The notes under the pieces: model-generated
What the model was told of the DNA's origin: nothing
What the model saw: the letters and a program-made list of their open reading frames with translations, nothing else
The model's database searches: none
Shown: piece after piece, positions 11,257 to 20,889 of the stretch
Position numbering within the stretch: the stretch's first letter is position 1
How the letters are laid out: each line of letters starts with the position of its first letter
Made by a program: the position numbers and the translations under genes
Assembly: GCA_024626585.2 (NCBI GenBank)
Contig: JANKJI020000002.1
Location: forward strand, 148,191,179 to 148,214,492
Direction of reading: 5' to 3'
From: Ginkgo biloba
Lineage: Eukaryota; Plantae; Ginkgophyta
Length of the DNA: 23,314 bases

Positions 11257-11360
11257 ACAACATCAGCAACTGGTGGATCTGGGGCTACTGGTTCTCGCCA
11301 TTAACATATGCCCAGAATGCCATTGCTGTGAACGAATTTTTGGGGAATAAATGGAGCAAG
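11257..11360 (+). pseudogene. PDR: PDR TMD1 exon (frame open)
   Basis: cag| (D)NISNWWIWGYWFSPLTYAQNAIAVNEFLGNKWSK |gtaag. Confidence 0.92.
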
Positions 11361-11445
11361 GTAAGACCTGAAATTCGCTAAATTTTTTGCATGACACTTT
11401 AAGCATTAAACCCCATTCTGACATGATTAATTGTGGTCACTGCAG

Positions 11446-11605
11446 CCTGTTGGGCATACTTACAACCAGACTTTAGGTCAATTGGTGATGAAGTCTCGTG
11501 GTATATTTCCCCACGCATATTGGTACTGGATTGGTATCGGAGGACTGATGTCGTATTCTATCCTATTCAATATTCTCTATACCATGGCTTTAACCTACCT
11601 TAAAC
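11446..11605 (+). pseudogene. PDR: PDR-associated domain exon (frame open)
   Basis: tgcag| PVGHTYNQTLGQLVMKSRGIFPHAYWYWIGIGGLMSYSILFNILYTMALTYLK |gtaag. Confidence 0.92.
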
Positions 11606-11620
11606 GTAAGTCTTCACCAA

Positions 11621-11792
11621 TTCAGAAGAGTAGCCTGGTGATTTCATGGGAGAACATTGATTTGTTCTTTTGATATTGTACACGATAATTTTCTTGCAGC
11701 TTTCGGTTCAGAAGAGTAGCCTGGTGATTTCATGGGATAACATTGATTTGTTCTTTTGATATTGTACACGATAATTTTCTTGCAGCTTTCGG
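11621..11792 (+). repeat. 86-nt tandem duplication covering intron 3' end, acceptor and 7 exonic nt
   Basis: Copies 11621-11706 and 11707-11792 differ at one base (gggagaac vs gggataac). Confidence 0.97.
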
Positions 11793-11887
11793 AAAACCAC
11801 AGGCTGTGGTGTCTGAAGAAGCCTTGCAGGAGAGGCATGCAAACAGAACTGGGGAAAACCTCGCTGTGGGGCTACCAGGATGTAAAG
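11786..11887 (+). pseudogene. PDR: PDR linker exon (using the second, frame-preserving acceptor)
   Basis: tgcag| (P)FGKPQAVVSEEALQERHANRTGENLAVGLPGCK |gtac. Confidence 0.85.
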
Positions 11888-12020
11888 GTACAAGTTGCTT
11901 AGAATTTCAGATGAATTACAATTTCTTTTATTGGCATCTACAGGTAGAAACCACTTAATATTTCATATGAAATGCTATGGGTTTCCCCATTGAACCTGCA
12001 AATACTGAAATGCTTTGCAG

Positions 12021-12166
12021 GACACGATGAACGTATCAACATGAGCCAATTGTGGTCTGCCGATGGTGCCACTTCCGTAGGAAATGTTAAAGGAGGCATG
12101 GTTCTTCCATTTCAAAAACTCTCACTTTGCTTCAAAAATGTTAACTACGACGTCGACATGCCAGCG
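12021..12166 (+). pseudogene. PDR: PDR linker exon preceding NBD2
   Basis: tgcag| ...KGGMVLPFQKLSLCFKNVNYDVDMPA |gtatg. Confidence 0.88.
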
Positions 12167-12353
12167 GTATGTTGGGATGGATTCTATATATGAAAAATTC
12201 TTATTCCTAATTCTTACATTTGTGGAAAATGCATGTTCTAAACATTATTCTATATTCTTTATCTTTTCTTTAACTAAAAGTAATAGATTGCTTAATTGAT
12301 CGAAGTTGGTATCGTCGGATCAATTAATACAGTCGTGTTGCTTAATTCCTCAG

Positions 12354-12672
12354 GAAATGAAGCAAAAAGGTGTAGAAAGTCGACTGCAGTTATTAAAAAA
12401 TGTGACCGGGGCTTTCCAGCCCGGCATCCTAACCGCTTTGATGGGAGTCAGCGGTGCGGGTAAGACGACCTTGATGGATGTATTGGCTGGAAGAAAAACC
12501 GGTGGTTATATTCGGGGCAACATCAGCGTATCAGGTTATCCCAAGAAACAACAAACTTTTGCTAGGATCTCAGGATACTGTGAGCAGAGCGACATTCATT
12601 CACCACAGCTAACAGTACATGAATCCCTCGTCTATTCTGCATGGCTTCGTTTGCCCACTGTTGTTGATCAGC
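12354..12672 (+). CDS. PDR: NBD2 Walker A exon, copy A (truncated by 100-N gap)
   Basis: cag| [53 protein letters not shown]...[12 protein letters not shown], then Ns. Confidence 0.92.
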
Positions 12673-12852
12673 NNNNNNNNNNNNNNNNNNNNNNNNNNNN
12701 NNNNNNNNNNNNNNNNNNNNNNNNNNNNNNNNNNNNNNNNNNNNNNNNNNNNNNNNNNNNNNNNNNNNNNNNGAGACATTTACTTTCAAGCAAATCTACT
12801 TTAAGAGACATCAGACAATAATAATTTAGTACATGGCATTTCTTTTTCTCAG

Positions 12853-13185
12853 GAAATGAAGGAACAAGGCATTACAGAAGACCGTTTGCAGTTGCTACGA
12901 AATGTTAGTGGAGCTTTCAGACCAGGCGTTCTTACTGCTTTAGTTGGAGTTAGCGGTGCTGGTAAGACTACCTTGATGGATGTCTTGGCTGGGAGGAAAA
13001 CAGGTGGTTACATAGAGGGCAGCATTAGTATATCCGGTTATCCTAAAAAACAGGAAACATTCGCTCGGATCTCAGGTTACTGCGAGCAGAACGATATTCA
13101 TTCACCATATGTAACAGTTCATGAATCCCTTGTATATTCCGCATGGCTTCGTCTTTCCTCTGATGTGGATGCAGAAACTCGGAAG
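12853..13185 (+). CDS. PDR: NBD2 Walker A exon, copy B
   Basis: cag| [40 protein letters not shown]...[10 protein letters not shown] |gt. Confidence 0.94.
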
Positions 13186-14816
13186 GTTATCCATATCGAC
13201 CCTATCTCTTCCATTAAATTTTATTGCTCTCTGTGCCAAATATGACGATACTAATGAGTGCATAACTTGAATTCCAGTTGTTCGTGGATGAAGTGATGGA
13301 TCTGGTAGAACTCAATACTTTAAGAAACTCGTTGGTTGGTCTCCCTGGAGAGACCGGCCTGTCGACAGAGCAACGCAAACGATTGACAATAGCAGTAGAG
13401 CTGGTTGCCAATCCTTCTATTATATTCATGGACGAACCAACCTCCGGATTGGATGCGCGTGCTGCAGCTATAGTTATGAGGACAGTTAGAAATACAGTGG
13501 ATACAGGACGAACAGTTGTTTGTACTATCCATCAGCCAAGCATTGATATCTTTGAAGCCTTCGATGAGGTGATGTGCTCTGTTTGTTTCTTTCGGCGGAT
13601 CTGTCCCAGTGTAAGTGCAGTTTTTGATCTAATATGTGTAAGCACAATGCAATGCAGCTTTTTCTGATGAAGCGAGGCGGCCAACTCATCTATGCGGGGC
13701 CATTAGGTCGTCAGTCGCACAAGCTAATTGAATATTTCACCGTAAGTTTCTTCTACTGTCACTCGAATTCGTTTATGCAATTGACCTTTGGGGGTGGATG
13801 GTAACAAAANNNNNNNNNNATTGAAAAATATGGTTCGTGGGACTCACAGGGCAGGTCTAACAAGAAAATTTTGTAAATGTGTAGGCTGTCGATGGAGTTC
13901 CAGAGATCAAAGAAGGGACTAACCCAGCAACATGGATGTTGGAAATCACCTCTACAGCTGAGGAACGTCGCCTAGGGGTTGACTTTGCTGAAATTTATCG
14001 TAAATCGGAACTATATCGGTAAGTCAGGATTCTTAATCATCTATTCTTTTATAGCCAGATGCTCGTATTTCTTTGCCACTAAGAGTTGCAACAACTCTGA
14101 ATTACAGAGAAAATTTGGCAGTAGTAGAAAATCTGAGCAAGCCCATTCAAGGTTCAAAGGATCTTGATTTCCCGAGTAAATACTCTCAGCCTTTTCTGGT
14201 GCAATTCGTGGCTTGCCTTTGGAAGCAGCACTGGTCGTACTGGCGGAATCCTCAATACACTGCAGTTCGATTCATCTTCACAACTACTATTTCTTTGATG
14301 TTCGGTTCTATTTGTTGGAATTTTGGCTCTAAGAGGTTGGTTAATTTCTTTAAACGCCATAATTCTTCCTCAATTTTTGTTTGTGTTATAATCGCATATT
14401 CCTTTGTGTTTACTCAAAATTTATAACAGATAATTTTTGCAATATTCCAGGAGAGAGGCTGAGGACTTGCTTAACGCCATGGGTTCCATGTATGCTGCCG
14501 TTTTGTTCATCGGATCAATCAACGCATCATCAGTGCAACCAGTGGTTTCGGTGGAAAGAATAGTTTCCTGCCGGGAAAGGGCTGCTGGAATGTATTCTGC
14601 ATTACCTTACGCATTTGCTCAGGTGTGTATAAGTGATTTATTCGAGTCATTAAGTGTGCAGATAAAAAATCCTAATGATTTGAAGGATGCTATATGCAGG
14701 TAGCAATCGAGATTCCCTACATATTCGTCCAAGCACTCATATATGGAATCCTGGTGTATGCTATGATTGGGTTCGAGCGGACTGCAGCCAAATTTTTATG
14801 GTATTTTTTTTTCATG
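12853..14816 (+). CDS. PDR: ABCG/PDR transporter 3' portion (NBD2 + most of TMD2), 7 exons, apparently intact; C-terminus lies in gap 14817-15363
   Basis: Exons 12853-13185, 13278-13568, 13658-13741, 13885-14018, 14108-14335, 14451-14622 and 14700-14816 splice in frame with GT-AG and no stops. Walker [10 protein letters not shown], signature [17 protein letters not shown], Walker [14 protein letters not shown]-loop CTIHQPS, and RERAAGMYS. Confidence 0.93.
13278..13568 (+). CDS. PDR: NBD2 signature/Walker B exon
   Basis: cag| [12 protein letters not shown]...[33 protein letters not shown]...IFEAFDE |gt. Confidence 0.94.
13658..13741 (+). CDS. PDR: PDR exon
   Basis: tgcag| [28 protein letters not shown] |gtaagt. 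Confidence 0.92.
13885..14018 (+). CDS. PDR: PDR exon
   Basis: tag| [44 protein letters not shown](R) |gtaagt. Confidence 0.92.
14108..14335 (+). CDS. PDR: PDR exon (start of TMD2)
   Basis: cag| [12 protein letters not shown]...[21 protein letters not shown]...ICWNFGSK(R) |gt. Confidence 0.93.
14451..14622 (+). CDS. PDR: PDR TMD2 exon
   Basis: cag| [21 protein letters not shown]...[17 protein letters not shown] |gt. Confidence 0.93.
14700..14816 (+). CDS. PDR: PDR TMD2 exon, truncated by gap
   Basis: tgcag| [39 protein letters not shown], then Ns. Confidence 0.92.
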
Positions 14817-15363
14817 NNNNNNNNNNNNNNNNNNNNNNNNNNNNNNNNNNNNNNNNNNNNNNNNNNNNNNNNNNNNNNNNNNNNNNNNNNNNNNNNNNNN
14901 NNNNNNNNNNNNNNNNNNNNNNNNNNNNNNNNNNNNNNNNNNNNNNNNNNNNNNNNNNNNNNNNNNNNNNNNNNNNNNNNNNNNNNNNNNNNNNNNNNNN
15001 NNNNNNNNNNNNNNNNNNNNNNNNNNNNNNNNNNNNNNNNNNNNNNNNNNNNNNNNNNNNNNNNNNNNNNNNNNNNNNNNNNNNNNNNNNNNNNNNNNNN
15101 NNNNNNNNNNNNNNNNNNNNNNNNNNNNNNNNNNNNNNNNNNNNNNNNNNNNNNNNNNNNNNNNNNNNNNNNNNNNNNNNNNNNNNNNNNNNNNNNNNNN
15201 NNNNNNNNNNNNNNNNNNNNNNNNNNNNNNNNNNNNNNNNNNNNNNNNNNNNNNNNNNNNNNNNNNNNNNNNNNNNNNNNNNNNNNNNNNNNNNNNNNNN
15301 NNNNNNNNNNNNNNNNNNNNNNNNNNNNNNNNNNNNNNNNNNNNNNNNNNNNNNNNNNNNNNN

Positions 15364-15520
15364 TTGAAGCAGGGACTTCGGAATTGGGGCGATCAAATTG
15401 ACAACTTTAGCCTTTATTTTTTTTACGAATTTATATAAAATTATGTAATTTCTCGTGTCGTACATTGAATAAAAACGGTTTTTCAACCAACTACCATTCT
15501 TTATTTGTGCTTTTCCCCTA
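15364..15520 (+). terminator. Probable 3' UTR / polyadenylation region
   Basis: U-rich tract and AATAAA at 15468-15473, just after a 547-N gap that is about the size needed for the remaining PDR exons. Confidence 0.35.
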
Positions 15521-16409
15521 AATCAAAAGCCCTTGCAATATCAATTAAGGAAGCTCTAAGGGCGAAGATACTATAAGGAAGCTCTGGCAATTCTGTTCAC
15601 TCTGAGTAGCTCTGTTGAGGGATTGCAGGCTATCAGCGATACTGTCGAAGTCTATAAAGTTGCGTTCCATGGATATTAAATTATTAGCTACAGTGGATCC
15701 TTAAGAGCTACCATTAAATCACTGCCAAGACCATTTTATCTGCTTTAATGGTGGACAATACAGTTAAAAAGATGGCATGTTATTTGTTAATGAAACTGTT
15801 TATTTACAACATTTCGATGATGAGGGAGGTTTCAACTTTTTGCTTTCGAATGGCTGTCTTCTTGCAGTGATTTTGCCAAAGACTTTAATTTTCTCTTCGG
15901 AGATGGACAATTCAAGGGATGGTTGAAATTCTTCTTTTATTTTAGCTAAGGGAGAACATAAAAGGTACTCTTTGCCACAATATAGTAGTATAGAAATTTA
16001 TTTTTTTAAACAATGTTTGGGGGTATTCGTCACAACAAAATTGTAAAATATATAGAGTATAGTTCCCCTTTCCAAGTTTTCCATGAAAAATATATACATA
16101 TTTTTAATGAGTCAATAATTGCTTGCTTCCAAGGAAATTGATCTCCAAGATTTGAACCATGGTTACAATTATGGTGAAAATATTGACTCTTTACCACTCA
16201 CACCACTCTTTGGGTTATTGAAATTTTATATGTAGTAGTTATGTGAATATTTACAAAATTAAATAATATTGTTCCAAAGAATTCACATTGTAAATCTTTT
16301 GCGTCCATTTGAAAAAATATATATTTGTTGGATAATGGNNNNNNNNNNCAATAACAGTGGAAAAGATTTATAAGGGCATCAAAACAAAATTTCAAATAGT
16401 TTCAAAAAA

Positions 16410-16690
16410 TTATAGTGCAGAAGGAATGCTTCCCATAAAACACAAATGTAAAAATTGTAATAAAAGGAAGAAATATTTGCCAACTACCATGAGAACACAA
16501 AAGTTTTAAATGACACAATAGTCTATCAAAATTGCCATAAGAGAAAGAAATGTTTTCAAACTACCACAAGAAACACAAATTCTTCCTATCACATAATNNN
16601 NNNNNNNNNNNNNNNNNNNNNNNNNNNNNNNNNNNAGGAATGTTTTCCAACCACCACGGGGAACTTAAATGCTTGACATCACACAACAAA
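16410..16690. repeat. Degenerate tandem repeat, period about 77 nt
   Basis: Recurring aaaattg..ataa...gaa.gaaat.ttt.c.aactacca...gaacacaaa units near 16451, 16528 and 16636 (the last partly in a gap). Confidence 0.55.
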
Positions 16691-16699
16691 AATTTATTG

Positions 16700-19600
16700 G
16701 TTACCATGATTCATAAGTGAATTTGGAACAACAAGGGGTTTGCGAGAGGTGTCGTGAAGACGATTAGCAAGTGTTTGAAATAGGTGATTTTTTCTCCAAT
16801 ATAGTGTAGGATTTATAGAGTGATCTTGGTAAAGTTGTAAGGGCAAGTAGAACTTGAGTTTGTCCTTTTCTTTTCTTTTTGAGTTGATTTTAGATAAACT
16901 TTGAAGGGAAGGGTATTTCAATTGTCCTCTAATGGAATGGAAGCAGTGTTGAATAGCATGGAGGACAATTCAAGGTCTTCTTCAAGCCCCTTATTAAAAT
17001 GTTCATCTTTTAGTATTGTGAAGCCTATAGATACAAATTAAATGTAACCATATTTTTTCACTCCACTAGGGTAAATTATTCAATCTACGATAGTGCATAA
17101 TTTTCAATAGAATAGAAAGATTTATAATATTAGATAAAGATGTAGGTAAGGTTGGATTGTTTTCCACATCATTCTCTTTTTAAGAATGGTTAATTTCTTA
17201 GTACAAAGTCATAATAGTTTGTCAAGTGGCTCGATAATGTGTCTATGTTGGGGGTTCATCTTTGTAGATATTATTGAACAAAAGCCCTCACTGTGAGGCG
17301 ATGAATAGAGCAAAGCTCGAGTAAAGGGCGTTAGGCAAGCTTAGCCAACCAATAGAAGTTATTGTGGTTGAATTCGCAAGAAATAACAATCAAGCAACGA
17401 GTAGATCAATATTTATTGGCAATGGTAAGAAATTTTTTGTTAATTTGAGTGAAGTCATCATTGATTCCTTCCTAAAGTCTATTGCTAGTTATGCTTTTAT
17501 TCGATATTTCTTGGGTCAAANNNNNNNNNNNNNNNNNNNNNNNNNNNNNNNNNNNNNNNNNNNNNNNNNNNNNNNNNNNNNNNNNNNNNNNNNNNNNNNN
17601 NNNNNNNNNNNNNNNNNNNNACTCAACATGAAGTTGAGAATAACTGTGAGTCTTCTTAGTTCATTTGAATATTTTTTCAAAATCCTTAAAAATTGGGCCA
17701 AAGTAACTGTTGATGTGTATGTAAGAAGGTTTTTTTATATTTTCTTAGAAACTTATGATCACATCATTGAACTATCTAGAAAGAGAATCTTAGGAGTTTG
17801 ATAGTGAGTTGTGGATTTAGATGAAGGAAGGATTTAGAGTCTAAGATCATGAAAGGAGTTTATGAACTAAGGGAAGGTCAAAATTTCAAGAGTTATGAGT
17901 CATACATACAAATCTTAGAAATAGTCATAAGAGTAGGTTGAATTACCATACAATGTAAATTCTAAGCAAAATTACAAGAAGGTTTAAAGGTTGAGAATAA
18001 GAAAAATGAGGGTTACAAAGATCCATGTCCTTAAAAATGTGTTGTTAAATTATCTTCTCAAGAGTAGCATCTATTAAGTCAAGAAGGTATGTGCATGTGT
18101 TAATTATTAGCTAATGTGTAAAATTTCTTGGACAAACCCTTTTGGTTTGGTACTATGTTGATTATATAGTTGTATTATCTATAAATATTATCTAAATTTA
18201 AGTTGTTAAAGTATTTCTTAAAGGTTGATAATATTTAAGGAAAGATATTTTAAAAACTATAGAGATTGATAGAACAAGTTCAGAAAAGACTTAAAGAACC
18301 AGAGATAAGAGATGAAAGAGATTAAATGTGGTTAATACATAGAATAATGCCAAGACAAGTTCTATCTTTGATGGTATCTTCAACAATGAGTAACGAAGAA
18401 AACTCATAAATAATAATAAATATTATGGATACTTCATTAATACTTCTAATATCTTATGGGAGTGGAGATGGAAAAAGACATTTATTCACTTGTGAGTGTA
18501 TTTAGAGTGCAAGAGGCATCACATATGATGGTATGAAATGGAGAGAGTTTATTCTAACTCTCATAGGATAGGCTTAAGATTAGTATCATAAGACCAATGT
18601 TGTCCATCATTAGTAGCTTTGTCAAAGGATTGCATACTATCAATAACATTGGAGAAGCATCTAAGTTGCATTCCATTAACACCTATATTAAATTTATAGC
18701 TACAATGGATTCTTCAAGGATCCACCATTAGTCACTACAAACACCATCTTATCTATTTTAATAGCGTAATATCTAGTTGAAAAGCTTGCATGCTATGCAT
18801 TTGATGAATTTGTTTATTTGGAAAAAAATTATCTGGTGGTAGTTTCTACTTTTTGCTTAGAATGGATCTCATTTTGCAATAATTTTACCATTGACATTAC
18901 TTTCCTCTTTAGAGTCAACAACTCAAGCGATTGTTGAGTTTCTTTTTATTTGTGCAACATGAGAGTTTGAAGGTCACCCTTTTCCATATTTCTATACAAA
19001 TCATTTTTTTTCCAACTATAGTTTAGATATTACTCTAAACAGAATTTGATATGGTGTTTACATACGTTTTTTTATAATATTAATATATGTTAAGAAAAAT
19101 CTCTAAATCTCTATAATATATTTTTTAATCGATCAATTATTTCTCTTTTACAATGATATCCAAGATTTTTTGTAATCCTAATATATGTTGAAAAAATANN
19201 NNNNNNNNNNNNNNNNNNNNNNNNNNNNNNNNNNNNNNNNNNNNNNNNNNNNNNNNNNNNNNNNNNNNNNNNNNNNNNNNNNNNNNNNNNNNNNNNNNAG
19301 GTGACCCTACAATATTGAACATATATTGAAATTAGTGATTAGAGACTATCCTAACTCAATATTTTCCAAAGGATATTTATTATATGAAATGGAGAGAAGT
19401 TAAAAGGGAATAAGAGGTTAGGGAGTCTTTAACATGATAGGACAAAAATAAAAGGACTATAAGATTCTAAGAGTAATAAGAAAGGTTGCATAGATATATG
19501 TAATCATAGGATGCATATATCTCTAGCAGTATGAGATATATAGAGAGGGGCTCTATTATATTATGGATAACATAGGAAGTCACCCACCCTCATAGATACT

Positions 19601-20880
19601 TTGTAAATTCCCAAAAGTATCATGTGTTAAATGAGAACTGATAGAAACAAACACCAAGACTGGGGATGGTAGAATGAATCCTAAGATAGTATTGGTTTAG
19701 AAAGATATGAATAAATTGTCACCCTCTTTTGTTCCTTCTCTCTACTAATTTATTTTCCCTATCTTCCTATCTATTGTTAAATTTTTAAATAGTTTGGAGT
19801 AATTTCAAATACACTATTACAAGAAGGAGATAAACCAATAAATACACTATTATATATAGTAAATGGATTACACATCAATATATCACAAGAAACTTAAAGA
19901 CTATTTAACCTCGTTTGTATCCCACTGTCACTCAGTCATATTGGGTGTACCCAACGCTGCTTAAGGTTGGTGACTCATGAAATTAATACGGTACCATTCC
20001 CTCCCTTAGTTTTAGGATGTACCTAAATTTAGATATGAATAATGTAGCTCTCATCCCTTAATTAAGGTAAACGTCCTTAAAATATAGTTGGTTCTAGGAC
20101 ACTAATATTTTTAGGAAAAATAAAATAATTTTCCCCTAAGAAACCTTATTATACACATACCCACATGTACATAACACTATAGGATTAACTAATAATTCAA
20201 ATAATTAAATAACACCATTTTACATTGTTAAATATTGAAATCACAATTAATACTAGGAGTATATCAAAAGATAATCAACACTAGAAAGACCGAAATAAAA
20301 GGGTCATTTTTTAAAATTAGGATCCTAATTCCTATAACTATGAAGCATCATCTTTTGATTGAGAAAAATATTTTGACTCACAAAGCTTCTCATACTTATT
20401 GAGTCCTTCAAATCGATAGGACTTGCCTCCTTAATTATCAATATCTTTATATAGTTGGTATCTAATTCTATCCCTAAACAATGTTTGAATTGAAGAAAAT
20501 AATATTAAGTGAAGAAGATTTGTATCCTTTGTAGGGTAGAATTCTCAAGATCCAAATCCAACCCTTGAATATACACCTCATGGTCAACATATTAAAGGTG
20601 CTTATTCTAATCAAATGTAAGATGTCCAAAGGGGACCAACACCCATTAGATATCATATCCTTGATCCAGAAGCTACATATTGGGAAAATAATACATCTCC
20701 TAGGATGCCTCCAAATCTTATAAGAAATTAACCTCCCACATACATTGCTCAAAACTATTTATGGGATTTAAATTTTCAACCAGTATGGGGATACTCTCCA
20801 CATGCTCTTATAATCCCTCTCTCACATTTATCTTAAATGAGGATGAGTTATACAAATCATCAAACGAACCCACTTAACTT
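16700..20880. mobile_element. Probable nested decayed repeat sequence (unclassified)
   Basis: AT-rich and mostly CpG-poor with stop-riddled frames. No diagnostic motif was confidently recognised. Confidence 0.3.
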
Positions 20881-20889
20881 GATTCCTAA

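Larger units (their letters stand above)
3584..12672 (+). pseudogene. PDR: Disabled full-size ABCG/PDR transporter, 5' portion (NBD1, partial TMD1, start of NBD2); spans several contigs and may itself be chimeric
   Basis: Sixteen exons or remnants with PDR motifs ([88 protein letters not shown]). Lesions: out-of-frame ATG at 3584, Walker A deletion/frameshift near 4436, missing exons after 9318, stops at 11010, 11037 and 11043. Confidence 0.85.

Noticed and set aside
15545-15670. 41-codon minus-strand ORF (MERNFIDFDSIADSLQ...)
   Set aside because: Too short, with no homology or splice support I can recognise.
16410-16690. CRISPR-like interpretation of spaced repeats
   Set aside because: Eukaryotic context, degenerate whole-unit repeats without unique spacers, and no cas genes.
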